Shown here: positions 1 through 13,044 of the stretch, in pieces
Numbering within the stretch: position 1 is the stretch's first letter
How the letters are laid out: each line of letters opens with the position of its first letter
Position numbers and translations under genes: made by a program
Notes under the pieces: model-generated
Database searches by the model: none
The model's input: the letters and a program-made list of their open reading frames with translations, nothing else
Told to the model about the DNA's origin: nothing
Assembly (NCBI RefSeq): GCF_963921235.1
Contig: NC_086097.1
Location: 39,062,001 to 39,126,000, forward strand
DNA: 64,000 bases
DNA from: Mobula hypostoma
Lineage: Eukaryota
Reading direction: 5' to 3'

Positions 1-64
1 TGGAGAAACAGGCAGACGTGCTCTTGGAGAACCTCTTGGTGGTCTCCCAAACTCAACGTTCTGT

Positions 65-1480
65 ACATCAATATTTTGAACTCTTGAGAACAATAGTAAC
101 AGCAAATATTTTGATAAAATTTATCACATATACATCAAAGCATGCCATGAAATGTGTAGTTTTCGTTAATAACCAGCACATCAATGATGTGCTTGGGGTC
201 AGCCAGCAAGTGTCTCCACATTCCAATACCAACATAGCATGCCCACAATGTTCAACAGAACAACAACAGAGCAAAACAAGATAATAACAGCAAAACAAGC
301 CAGTTTCTCAGCCTCCCATCCATCCCCTCACATACACAGACCTCCAACCCCAAGACAGGCTGACTCTGGGCCTCCAGTCCTTGGCCCTGGGGTCATTGGT
401 TCCCTTGGCCATGATGTCTATGTGGTTGGTCCAGGACAGGTTATCGGTAATGTTCTCATCTAGGAACTTAAAGCTCCCAACCCTTTCAATCTTAGCACCT
501 TCGATGTAAACAGAAGTATGTGTACTCACCCTTTCCTGAAGTCAATAACAAGTTCTTCTGCTTTGCTGACACTGAGGGAAAAATTGTCATGTCAGTAGGC
601 TCTCTTATCTCCTTCCAGTACTCAGACTCATCATTTGAGATATGACCCTCTACAGTGGTATAATCTGCAAACTTGCAGGTAGACTTGGAATAGAAGCTGG
701 CCACATGGTTATAATTGTATAGGGAGTGGAGAAGGCTAAAGGCTGATTTATGCTTTTGTGTCAAATCGATGCCGTAGGTACGGCATAGCTGTGAACCCTA
801 CGCCGTAGCCTGACGCGCACCTCCCCCAAAATGTAACTACGCGTCGTGGCAGCGCAGACCGCAACAACTGTGGTCCACTTGATAGCATCTCATTTCCTCC
901 TACGCCGCAATAGCTTCCCATTGGGCGACTGAAGGGCAGGGAAGGAACTCTGGCTGCAATGCTTTCCATAAAAGCTTTCCGAAATTATGGAGGACACATT
1001 TCGCTTTTACGAAAAAAGACGCACGCCTTAAACTTGTTTACCCCAAGAAAGACTACCATGACCATGAAGCCTTGCACGGGCAGGTGTGTGCGCGTGTGCG
1101 CATGTGCGACGTGCCTGAATTGCAGAGCGACGCAGACACACCAACACACAAGTATAAATGCTCACAACGCGCGTAGGTTAAGGCGTCGATTTGACACAGA
1201 AGTATAAATCAGCCTTAAGGGTACAGCTTTTTGGGGCACCAGTGTTGAGGATAATCATTGTGTAGGTGTTGCGGCCTATCTTTACTGATTGAGTTCAGGA
1301 AGTCAAGGATCCAGTTGCAAAAGGAGGTATTAAATTCCAGCTCTTGGAGTTTGTTGAGCTTGCTTGGAATTATAGAATTAAAGGCATAGTTGTAGTCAAT
1401 GAACAATAGTCTAATGTAGTCTTTACTCTTCAGGTGCTCCAGATATGAGTATAGGGCCAGGGAGATGGCATCTGCTGTGG
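65..1480 (-). mobile_element. Decayed Rex1/Babar-like LINE 3' part, interrupted by a MITE
   Basis: Minus-strand RT remnants: [33 protein letters not shown]...NLSWTNHI; boundaries approximate. Confidence 0.7.
740..1215. mobile_element. PIF/Harbinger-type MITE
   Basis: ~34-bp TIRs starting AGGCTGATTTAT (3 mismatches); TAA duplication at 737-739 and 1216-1218; CpG-rich non-coding interior. Confidence 0.85.
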
Positions 1481-3189
1481 ATCCTTTTCTGCATCCTTGT
1501 AGTCTTTAATCCACAGTTGTTCATCAAATCACTCTATTGTCATATTAAACACTTTGCCATCTGCCCAAGTGTCATGTGTATATTTTTACCCCTAAGTGAG
1601 AACTGTTTTTTAATACTCTGCTTGTATTACTGGATTACACATCCCCCTATGTTACACATACACGATTTGTCTGCTCTTCCTGTACCAGCTCACTCATTAG
1701 CTGTTTATTTCCAACTTACAGACATTCACTTTATAAATTGTTCTCAGGGATGAAAAACTGTTGTAACCTAGCGATTGCTTGTACAAATATGCCAGTGGGC
1801 AACAACTCTGCATATTTCTGTACAGTTTTTATTATTTCAGAAGTCTGCAGTTGTTTCCAACACAAACATTAAGTTAACTGACTGATATTTACTGGTTTTG
1901 TTTTCCTTCGTTTTGAATAGAAATACTTAATACAGCACATGGCAAGATTAAGCTGTTTTGCCAAGCTTACTTCTAAAGGCAACATGCATTCAATCCTTCA
2001 ACAGTCATCTGTTCTGTTTAGTCTTTGGGTGATTCTTCTGCTTTTCATTTTAAAGCATTTTAGATCTCATAATATTCAAAGTATTTCTGTATTTGGTACT
2101 GTCTGCTATTATATCACAACAGCTGTGTTCAGTCTTTAACCATAAAAATGCCACTGTATGTTTTAAACATAGTCTCAAATTTTGTTCAATCATTTGCACT
2201 TTGTGTTTAAAGAAATGATAGCAGCTCTAACTATAATTTTCCATGGTTCTGTGGAAGGAATAAGAACATAAGAAAACAGGCAAGGGTCCCTCAGTCCAGC
2301 TCTGCCTTCATCTACCCCTAGCTCCTTCTCTTACGCGCCAGTTCCTGGAGCCCTTAAATTCCTGATCTTTGAAACAGTATAGGCATCTACTTTGTGCTGC
2401 ACACTAAGGAACTTGTTTCAATAAACCACCCCTCATTTTCCAAACCTTCAAGAAATGTAGATCTAATTTCTTGAGCCATGTGATAATGAGTTTATCATTC
2501 CAGGAATTATCTCGTGTAATCTCTTTTGGACTGTTTCCAACACCATAATATACTTCCTTAAATAAATCGATATTTGTGCCAATGATCTGGAAAATATTTT
2601 ACTCAATTCATGAAGGGGAACATAGTAAGGAAGTTAATCATACAGTTTGCTTTGTGAATAAATTTCTATCTATAAAATAGGTGCCATTAGCAAGTCGTTG
2701 AAGAAATGCTATTTTTTTAGATTCAATTCATGTACTTGAAAAGTACATAGATTGCATATGAAGTGTTTGGATTGTAAAGAAAAATAGACAAAATGTAGAA
2801 GAGTATTATGTGTATTTTAAAAAGCCATTTCATTAAGTGTCAAATAGGTTTATTATTCAGTTATAATAGGAAAAGTAGTTATTTTGCAGAAGCTCTTGGA
2901 TGGCTAGAATGGGCTTGGTGGTATTGGTATTAGATTATTATTGCCACATACCAAAAATACAGTGGGAAAACTTGTCTTGCCATCTGTTGAAACAGATCAA
3001 ATCATTACATAGCACGTTGAAATAGAACAAGTAAAACAGTTCAGAATAAAATGTAAATGCCTCAGAGAAAGTGCAGTGCAGGTGAATACAGGGCAAGATC
3101 ATGATGTAGAATGTCACTCAAGAGTCCATATCATATATGAGGTCATTTAAGAGTATGTTAACAGCAGGATAGAAGCTGTCCTTGTACAT

Positions 3190-3375
3190 TCTCCCTGTGA
3201 CCGCATGGATTTCCTCCAGGAGCTCCAGTTTCCTCCCACATTCCAAAGATGTACCGGTTGATAGGTTAATTGGTCATTGTAAATTGTCCCGTAATTAGGC
3301 TAGGATTAAATTGGTGGATTGCTGGGCAGCCTTGCTCGAAGGGCCTACTCCACACTGTGTGTCAATAAATAAATA
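3190..3375 (+). mobile_element. 5'-truncated V-SINE-like element
   Basis: Core TTCTCCCTGTGACCGCATGGATTTCCTCC...TTTCCTCCCACATTCCAAAGA and (AATA)n tail; related copy near 20030-20350. Confidence 0.55.
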
Positions 3376-4189
3376 ATACCAAGCCATTATGCATCTAGGT
3401 CAGAGGTGGCCAACCTTTTACATTCCATGTGTCAATTTTTTCACTCACGAGTTCAGATGACCATATAACTCTTGTACCCCCATTCAATTCTTGTAAAAAT
3501 ATGTTAATATAGAACTTGTGCATGAAAAAAATCGCATTTGAACTTGTATGTGTAAAAATTAACGCATGGAATGTAAAGGGTTGGCCACCCCTGATCTAGG
3601 TAAAATGCTTTCACTGATGCATGAATAAAAATTTGTAAGGGTTGATAGAAACATAACAAATTTCTTTGTCCTCCTGAAGAAGTAGAGTGGTTACTGAGCT
3701 TTGATATGTGTGACATTGATATGCTAAGACAGAACAGACTAAATAGCATGTTCAATAACATTTTGTGGTATGTAATGCTATAAGAAAGAAGTTTCTACTT
3801 CAAAAATGATAAGAGAATTAGAGGATATCAAAAACCATTAATTGCTCATTCTGTCTCTACACATGCTACCTGTTCAAAATATTTTCTAGCATTTTCTGCT
3901 TTTGTTTCAGATTGCTATCATTTGCCCTTTTTTATGTTTTTCAATAACTGTTTCCCTCTCCCTACAATAAATGTTTACAGTCTGAAACCAATGGAAAGTC
4001 AAATTGATCTGAAAGTTAAAACATTTTCACTTGCCACCTCTGCTATCTAACCTGTTTGAAAAAGGAAAAAAATTAAATTGCAAGAACATGGAACGAGATA
4101 ATTATTCCTGTTTTAAATTGTGGAACAGCTAGATCCAAATTTTATGTTGGTTAAACTTTTTTTTTAAAAAGAGTTTCTTTATGTGATAG

Positions 4190-4354
4190 ATTAAACGTCC
4201 TTACTTTCACGTGAAGCCGCTGGAGAAAGCACAGCTAAAAAACTGGAAAGATTACCTTGACTTTGAGATAGAAAATGGAACTCTTGAACGAGTAGTAGTT
4301 TTGTTCGAGAGGTGCCTTGTTGCTTGTGCCCTTTATGAAGACTTCTGGATAAAA
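4190..4354 (+). CDS. PRPF39: PRPF39 internal coding exon ([13 protein letters not shown]...EDFWIK); earlier exons lie outside the window
   Basis: AG at 4188-4189, GTAAGT at 4355; 165 nt; peptide matches the HAT-repeat region of vertebrate PRPF39 as recalled. Confidence 0.95.
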
Positions 4355-4930
4355 GTAAGTGTCGGTATTTTAATCTTATTCAATATGTTGCTATCTTTAC
4401 TCAATTATTTTGAAATTATTTTTTATAATCTCAATTAGACCATAGGACATAGGATCAGAATTGGGCTATTCGACCCATCAAATCTGCTCCACCATTTTAT
4501 CATGGCTGATTTATTATCCCTTTCAACTGCATTCTCCTGCCTTCTCTCCATACATAACCTTTGATGCCCTGACAAATCTCAAACCCATCGACCTTTGCTT
4601 TAAATATAGTCAATGAATTGGCTTGGGTTTCTGCAGATGTTAAGGTTATTAAATGTATCTGCTGAATGTTGTGACTCAACGTCATTAATTTATGAGACCT
4701 GTGTTATTATTTGTAAGGCCTTTATTACTAATGTTCAAATAAATGTTTCGTCATCCAAAATTTAGTCTTGGCATTGAAATTTGAACTAGATAGACCATTG
4801 CACTTCAACAAAAGGAGCTGTTATTTACTTCTGACTAGTTGCATTCTACAGCAAAATACAGGCTTTTAACACAATCTTTAATTTGAATCGTGAAAAAAAT
4901 TATTTACGAGCTTTCTGATTTTTTTTTCAG

Positions 4931-5057
4931 TATGCCAAATATATGGAGAACCACAGCAATGAAGGTGTAAGGCATGTTTTTAGCAGAGCATGTACAGTTC
5001 ATCTTTCAAAGAAACCAATGGTTCACTTACTATGGGCTGCTTTTGAGGAACAGCAAG
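4931..5057 (+). CDS. PRPF39: PRPF39 exon (YAKYMENHSNEGVRHVFSRAC...AFEEQQ)
   Basis: T-tract CAG acceptor, G|GTTAG donor; in frame with both neighbours. Confidence 0.95.
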
Positions 5058-5231
5058 GTTAGCTGCTATAAATACCCACATCAGCTATTCCATTACATTT
5101 CATTGGAAGTAAATCCTTGTAACAGGATCGGTATAACTTAACAAAATGATAGTTGTGATACATTGCCAAGCTTTATTTTAACATAAATGTTTTTAATAAT
5201 TGTAAGGATTTTTTGGTATTTCTGTTCACAG

Positions 5232-5500
5232 GGAACATCAATGAAGCAAGGCGAATCTTGAAAGCATTAGAAGAATCGGTGCCAGGATTAGCCATGGTCC
5301 GCCTAAGGCGAGTGAGTCTAGAACGCCGTCATGGAAATATTGATGAAGCAGAGTTTCTGCTGCAAGATGCCATTAAAAACAGTAAAACACCCAATGAGGC
5401 ATCTTTCTATGCTGTGAAGTTGGCTCGTCTTTTATTCAAAGTACAGAAGAGTCTTCCAAAGGCCAGGAAGGTTCTAGTGGAAGCTATAGACTTTGATAAG
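5232..5500 (+). CDS. PRPF39: PRPF39 exon (GNINEARRILK...EAIDFDK)
   Basis: CAG acceptor, AAG|GTATGA donor; overlaps ORF 5213..5506. Confidence 0.95.
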
Positions 5501-7382
5501 GTATGAATTAAATTATCTAGAACTCAAACTTTTAAAACTCATACAACTGCAAACAAGCTAGTGGAGCAGAGTTGTAAATTTCAGTTCTAGCGAAGTTGAG
5601 AAGCACTTTACATGTTTGGAAATATTTTGTATTAATAGAATTACACTGATTTTAATAAACTTAAGTATAACTCTAATACAAATTAGCAAAATATTTTAGC
5701 CAGCTCTCTGTGAAAAGTACAGCTAACTCATTTGCTTTCTAAACCAATTACATTACTTTCAAAGCTAATGAGGGTTCTTTTCATATTGAGGCTATTTCAT
5801 CACGATAGGCAAATGCTGCGAGAAAAGGCGAACATTCTGCAAAGAATGTACTAAATACAGTTGTGTCATGGAGTCAGAATGATTATCTCGTATTTGAATT
5901 GAATCACTGAACTGTTATTTAGTTGGATTTATGGGCAAACATGCAGTATGTTTAACTCCATCACTGAATAAGATACTGGAATAACACCATTTCAAAAATA
6001 TAAAGTTTCTTTTGCTTGACTTTTATCTATTTTCCCTTGTTCTCACCACACTCCCTAGACAATTATCTCCTCATCTCCAGTTTAATGACAGATGTGTTTT
6101 AAACCCACTTATTTTATTCGTGAGGTAACCTCATTACTCTCCCCCAACCAAGGCATTGAATTGTTAGTGAGAAAAAATGTGCAGTTCAAATTCAAATGTT
6201 GTAACGATATGAATGCTTCTATAAAGACAAGTATGGTTAATCATACTGTGAAATGTCAGCATTGTTTTTAATCACTATTGGATTTTAATAAAGTTCAAAG
6301 TAAATTTATTGAAGTACTGTACATATACGTCACCATATACAACTCTGAGATTTGTTTTCTTGCGGGCATACTCAGTAAATCCAATAACCATAATAGAATC
6401 AACTAAAGCCTGCACCCAACAGGACAGACAACAGAATGTGCAAAAGACAACAAACTGTGAATACAAAAGCAAAAAAATAAATAAACGATCAAGATCGAAA
6501 ACTTGAGATGAAGAGTCCTTGAAAGTGATTCCTTAAGTTGGGTTCAGTGATGAAGACAAGTGAATGGTTGAGGAACTGTTCCGGAACCTGAGAATGTATT
6601 GTTGCATGAAGAGAGACAAACTATGGAGGCTTTCTCAAATTGCCAGGCTAGGTCTGTTCCTCGAGTTCAATTACCATACTCAGTACATTTCCAATTTACT
6701 CCTCTGTTAAAATGTGCGTAACAGTAAAATCAAGAATGAAACTATTGTTTTAAAAGCCATTATTGTGATCAGCAGCATTATTAGTAGTGAATGTTATGCC
6801 TTCTGCAGAATTTAGTATGAATTTATGTGTTTTGTAGTTAGATAAAAATTTAGTTAAATGTTTCAATCTTAATGAGCATTTCTCTAGGAATTGGTCTTTT
6901 TAATTAACACATTTGTGGGCAATTTGAACAAATATATTTACTTGAGCTTTCACTTTCGCCATTCCTGTGTATTTTCAGATTACCTTCTACAGTATTTTGA
7001 CCCATTGGATCATCTGTAATGACTTTATTCTACTACTATATACCATGCTGTGTACAGCTGGGTATGTTCTCTTACTCCCATCCTGTGACAAAAAAATTGC
7101 CACAGTCCACCAGTTCAGGATGTGTATTTTCAAAAAAGTGCTGATTTTTATTTTCCCTCCCATTCTCCAGGCTGACTAAGACGAATGCAACTTCTCCAAG
7201 GAAGCCCAAGTGCAAATTGTTGACAAGACTGGGAATCCAACTCGGGATTCTGACTTGGGAGCTGAACAATTAAATGTAGTCGTTTAGTTTCTATGAAATA
7301 AGTATTGCCATATTTTAACTAGGTAGTATTTTGTATGTTGCAATTATTTGGATAATGCTGGATGATTTGTTTTGATTTTTAG

Positions 7383-7567
7383 GAAAGCCCCAAACTGTAT
7401 TTGAATTTGTTGGAACTTGAATATAATTCAGACCTCAAACTGAATGAGGAAAACATTTTGAATGCATTTGACATTGCTGTAAATAGCGCATTGCCTATTG
7501 AAACAAGGATTGCCTTCTCCCAGCGAAAAGTGGAATTTTTGGAAGACTTTGGCTCAGATGTGAAAAG
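7383..7567 (+). CDS. PRPF39: PRPF39 exon (ESPKLYLNLLELEY...DFGSDVK)
   Basis: TTTTAG acceptor, AG|GTTAGT donor; overlaps ORF 7401..7679. Confidence 0.95.
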
Positions 7568-7765
7568 GTTAGTTTTAGTTTTGTTTCTGAGCTTTGTGAA
7601 ACAATGTATTTTTATATCCATGTGCTTAGTGGTGAACTTGGTGATATTCGTTTTCTTCAAAATTTTTCATTGTTTTTAAATATCTGAAACATTGGAATTT
7701 GTCCATTCGAAGAATGCGGCATTTTAAACAACATTCCACATTTATACTGATGTTATGAGTATTTT

Positions 7766-8079
7766 GGCACGTGGCCAAGTGGTTAAGGCGTTCGTCTAGT
7801 GATTTGAAGGTCGCTAGTTCGAGCCGTGGCTGAGGCAGCGTGTGTGTCCTTGAGCAAGGCACCTAACCACATATTGCTCTGCAATGACACCGGTGCCAAG
7901 CTGTATGGTCCTAATGCCCTTCCCTTGGACAACATCGGTGGCGTGGAGAGGGGAGACTTGCAGCATGGGCAACTGCTGGTCTTCCATACAACCTTGCCCA
8001 GGCCTGCGCCCTGGAAACCTTCCAAGGCACAAATCCATGGTCTCATGAGACTAACGGATGCCTATTATTATTATTATTA
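7766..8079 (+). mobile_element. tRNA-derived SINE, full length
   Basis: A box TGGCCAAGTGG, B box GTTCGAGCC, (TTA)n tail; 13-bp TSD TTATGAGTATTTT at 7753-7765 and 8080-8092. Confidence 0.9.
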
Positions 8080-8992
8080 TTATGAGTATTTTATCTCAAC
8101 CTCTAATCCAAAATCCCATTCTGTTTACTGTTTAATTCATTCTGAAGATTAGATTGATATCCTGTCATGTGATTACTTCAATCCACATTCCATGTTTGTG
8201 ATAGCATACAATGTACAACATGGGAACTGAGTCAGAATCCACAGTGACGAGCTCATACAGTGCCTATAAAAAGTATTCACCCGCCCTCCTCCCCCCCGCC
8301 CCCCCAGAAGGTTTCATGTTTTATTGTTTTATAACATTGAATCTCAGTGGATTTAATTTGAATTTTTTTACACTGATCAACAGAAAAAGACTGTGTCAAA
8401 GTGAAAACAGATCTCTACAAAGTGGTCTAAATTAATACAAATATAAAACACAAAATAATTGATTGCATTAAGTATTCACCCCCTTCAAAATAACACACCA
8501 AATTATCACTAGTTCAGCCAATTGGTTTTAGAAGTCACACAGTTAGTTAAATGGAGAACATAGTGTGCAGTCAAGGTGTTTCAATTGAATGTAGTTAAAA
8601 TGCACCTGTACCTGGAAGGTCCAACTGCTGGGTAGTCAGTACCATGGCAAAAAGTACACCATCAAAACAAAAAGAACATTCCAAGCAACTCCTTGAAAAG
8701 TTTATTGAAAAGCACAAGTCAGGAGATAGATGCAAGAAAATTTCCAAGTCTCTGAATATCCCTTGGAAAGAATATGACAGAGCTGTAAATCTGCCTAGAG
8801 CAGGCTGTCCTCAAAAACTGAATGACTAGTGTGGGAAGCTACCAAGAGACCTTTGACAACTCCGGAGGAGTTACAAGCTTCAATGGCTGAGATGGGAGAA
8901 ACTGTGCATACAACAACTGTTTTATGGGCAAAGAGAAAGCCACTGTTGAAATAAAAATTCACATGCAATCTCAACTAGAATTTACCTGAGGC

Positions 8993-11900
8993 TTCTCAGG
9001 GGGATGGGAACCAGTGCAGAGAAACAGAGGGGTGTAAAGTGAGGGTAGAAGCAAAAAGTAGTAAGGTGAAAAGTAAAAGTGGCAGGCTGGCAAATCCAGG
9101 GCAAAAATGAGGGTAGAAGCAAAAAGTAGTAAGGTGAAAAGTAAAAGTGGCAGGCTGGCAAATCCAGGGCAAAAATGAGGGTAGAAGCAAAAAGTAGTAA
9201 GGTGAAAAGTAAAAGTGGCAGGCTGGCAAATCCAGGGCAAAAATCAAAAAGGGGCACTTTTCAACGTAATTGTATAAGGGCGAAGAGTGTTGTAAAAGCG
9301 AGCCTGAAACTTTGTGTGTCAATGCAAGGAGCATTCGTAACAAGGTGGATGAAAGTGCAGATTGTTATTAATGAATATGATATAGTTGGGATCACAGAGA
9401 CATGGCTCCAGGGTGACCAAGGATGGGAGCTCAACATTCAGGGATATTCAATATTCAGGAGGGACAGACATGAAAGAAAAGGAGGTGGGGTAGCATTGCT
9501 GGTTAGAGAGGAGATTAACGCAATAGAAAGGAAGGAAGGACATTAGCCGGGAGGATGTGGAATCGATATGGGTAGAGCTGCATAACACTAAGGGGCAGAA
9601 GACACTGGTGGGAGTTGTGTACAGGCCACCTAACAGTAGTAGTGAGGTTGGGGATGGTATTAAACAGAAAATTAGAAATGTGTGCAATAAAGGAACAGCA
9701 GTTATAATGGGTGACTTCAATCTACATATAGATTGGGTGAACCAAATTGGTAAGGGTGCTGAGGAAGAGGATTTCTTGGAATGTATGCGGGATGGTTTTT
9801 TGAACCAACATGTCGAGGAACCAACTAGAGAGCAGGCTATTCTAGACTGGGTATTGAGCAATGAGGAAGGGTTAATTAGCAGTCTTGTCATGAGAGGCCC
9901 CTTGGGTAAGAGTGACCATAATATGGTGGAATTCTTCATTAAGATGGAGAGTGACATAATTAATTCAGAAACAAAGGTTCTGAACTTAAAGAAGGGTAAC
10001 TTTGAAGGTATGAGACGTGAATTAGCTAAGATAGACTGACAAATGACACTTAAAGGGTTGACAGTGGATATGCAATGGCAAGCATTTAAAGATCGCATGG
10101 ATGAACTACAACAATTGTTCATCCCAGTTTGGCAAAAGAATAAATCAAGGAACGTGGTGCACCTGTAGCTGACAAGGGAAATTAGGGATAGTATCAATTC
10201 CAAAGAAGAAGCATACAAATTAGCCAGAAAAAGTGGCTCACCTGAGGACTGGGAGAAATTCAGAGTCCAGCAGAGGAGGACAAAGGGCTTAATTAGGAAG
10301 GGGAAAAAAGATTATGAGAGAAAACTGGCAGGGAACATAAAAACTGACTGTAAAAGTTTTTATAGATATGTGAAAAGAAAAAGATTGGTTAAGACAAATG
10401 TAGGTCCCCTACAGACAGAAACAGGTGAATTGATTATGGGGAGCAAGGACATGGCAGACCAATTGAATAACTACTTTGGTTCTGTCTTCACTAAGAAGGA
10501 CATAAATAATCTTCTGGAAATAGTAGGGGACCGAGGGTCCAGTGAGATGGAGGAACTGAGGGAAATACATGTCAGTAGGGAAGTGGCGCTAGGTAAATTG
10601 AGGGGATTAAAGGCAGATAAATCCCCAGGGCCAGATGGTCTGCATCCCAGAGTGCTTAAGGAAGTAGCCCAAAAAGTAGTGGATGCATTCGTGATAATTT
10701 TTCAAAACTCTTTAGATTCTGGACTAGTTCCTGAGGATTGGAGGGTGGCTAATGTAACCCCACTTTTTAAAAAAGGAGGGAGAGAGAAACCGGGGAATTA
10801 TAGACTGGTTAGCCTAACATCGGTGGGGAAAATGCTAGAGTCAGTTATCAAAGATGTGATAACAGCACATTTGGAAAGCGGTGAAATCATCGGACCAAGT
10901 CAGCATGGATTTGTGAAAGGAAAAACATGTCTGACGAATCTCATAGAAATTTTTGAGGATATAACTAGTAGAATGGATAGGGGAGAACCAGTGGATGCGC
11001 TATATTTGGATTTTCAAAAAGCTTTTGACAAGGTCCCACACAGGAGATTAGTGTGCAAACTTAAAGCACACGGTATTGGGGGTAAGGTATTGGTGTGGTT
11101 AGAGAATTGGTTGGCAGACAGGAAACAGTGGGAATAAACGGGACCTTTTCAGAATGGCAGGCAGTGACTAGTGAGGTACCGCAAGGCTCAGTGCTGGGAC
11201 CCCAGTTGTTTACAGTATATATTAATGACCTAGATGAGGGATTTAAATGCAGCATCTCCAAGTTTGCGGATGACACAAAGCTGAGCGGCAGTGTTAGCTG
11301 TGAGGAGGATGCTAAGAGGATGCAGGGTGACTTGGATGGGTTAGGTGAGTGGGCAAATTCATGGCAGATGCAATTTAATGTGGATAAATGTGAGTTATCC
11401 ACTTAGGTGGCAAAAACAGGAAAGCAGATTATTATCTGAATGGTGGCCGATTAGGAAAAGGGGAGGTGCAACAAGACCTGGGTGCCATTATACACCAGTC
11501 ATTAAAAGTGGGCATGCAGGTACAGCAGGTGGTGAAAAAGGCGAATGGTATGCTGGCATTCATAGCAAGAGGATTCGAGTACAGGAGCAGGGAGGTACTA
11601 CTGCAGTTGTACAAGGCCTTGGTGAGACCACACCTAGAGTATTGTGTGCAGTTTTGGTCCCCTAATCTGAGGAAAGACATCCTTGCCATAGAGGGAGTAT
11701 AAAGAAGGTTCACCAGGTTGATTCCTGGGATGGCAGGACTTTCATATAATGAAAGACTGGATCAACTAGGCTTATACTCATTGGAATTTAGAAGATTGAG
11801 GGGGGATCTTATTGAAACGTATAAAATCCTAAAGGGATTGGACAGGCTAGATGCAGGAAGATTGTTCCCGATGTTGGGGAAGTCCAGAACGAGGGGCCAC

Positions 11901-12188
11901 AGTTTGAGGCTAGAGGGGAAGTCTTTTAGGACTGAGATTAGGAAAAACTTCTTCACACAGGGAGTGGTGAATCTGTGGAATTCTCTGCCACAGGAAACAG
12001 TTGAGGCCAGTTCATTGGCTATATTTAAGAGGGAGTTAGATATGGCCCTTGTGGCTAAAGGGATCGGGGGTATGGAGAGAAGGCAGGTACAGGGTTCTGA
12101 GTTGGATGATCAGCCATGATCACACTGAATGGTAGTGCAGGCTTGAAGGGCCGAATGGCCTACTCCTGCACCTATTTTCTATGTTTCT
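8993..12188 (+). mobile_element. CR1 LINE with near-complete but disrupted ORF2 (AP endonuclease + RT)
   Basis: [42 protein letters not shown] motifs with several stops and frameshifts; TTTCTATG-type tail. Confidence 0.93.
9041..9244 (+). repeat. Three identical tandem copies of a 68-bp unit
   Basis: GAGGGTAGAAGC...CAGGGCAAAAAT begins at 9041, 9109 and 9177. Confidence 0.97.
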
Positions 12189-12821
12189 GGAAGACTTAGA
12201 AATCAACTGGAAGAAGGTTCTATGGTCTTATGAAACCAAAATTGAGCTTTTTGGCCATTAAGACTAAATGCTTTTGTTGGCATAAGCCATGCACTGCACA
12301 TTATCAAAAACACACCATCCCTACCGCAAACCATGATGGTGGCTGCATCCTGCTGTGGGATTGCTTCACTGTAGCAGGCCCTGTAAAGCTTGTGAAGGTA
12401 GAGGGTAAAATGAATGCAGGAAACTGCAGGGAAATCCTGGAGGAAAACCTGATGCAGTCTGCAAGAGAACTGTGACTTGGGATAAGATTTGTTTTCCAGC
12501 AAGACAATGGTCCTAAGCATAAAGCCACACAGGAAAGAACAACAGTTAGTGTCTAGGAGCGGCCGGCCATGTCAGAGTCTAGATCTCAATTCAATTAAGA
12601 ATTTGTGGCTGGACTTGAAAAGGGCTATTCACTCACAATCCCCGTGGAATCTGACAGAGCTCAAGCAGTTTTGTGACGAAGAATGGAGAAAAATTGCAGT
12701 GTCGAGATGTGCAAAGCTGTTAGAGATCTATCCACACAGACTCAAGGCTGTAATTGCTGCCAAAGGGCATCTACTATATACTGACTTGAAGGGGGTGAAT
12801 ACTTATGCAATCAATTATTTT

Positions 12822-13044
12822 ATAGCAGGTTTTTTTTGTTAGTAGGGGTTCTTTTTTCCTAATTTCAAAAAAAATAGTTTTAACACTTTATTTTCCCTCA
12901 TTATTGATATATTGTTTAGCTTTTGTTAATCAGTTATTTGGTAATTTAATTCCACATTGTACATATTAACATGTTGACTTGATTACTTTAAAGTATTTTT
13001 TGTTGATCTTCAATAATAATGAATAAAAAAGATTTTAAAATGAA
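12822..13044 (+). mobile_element. Short retroposed 3'-tail fragment inside the Tc1 right TIR
   Basis: T-rich body, AATAAA and A-rich end; flanked by AATTATTTT at 12813-12821 and 13045-13053. Confidence 0.5.

Noticed and set aside
5501..7382. Ortholog of SNORD127, which human PRPF39 hosts in an intron
   Set aside because: No convincing C box / guide / D box set found by eye; the GTGATGA at ~6547 lies in a LINE tail. An Rfam search is needed.
7766..7840. tRNA gene
   Set aside because: The A and B boxes are the head of a SINE with body, tail and TSD
8971..9343. Three overlapping repetitive hydrophobic ORFs
   Set aside because: Artefacts of the 68-bp tandem repeat read on the reverse strand
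9448..10218. 256-aa minus-strand ORF
   Set aside because: Antisense shadow of the CR1 endonuclease region
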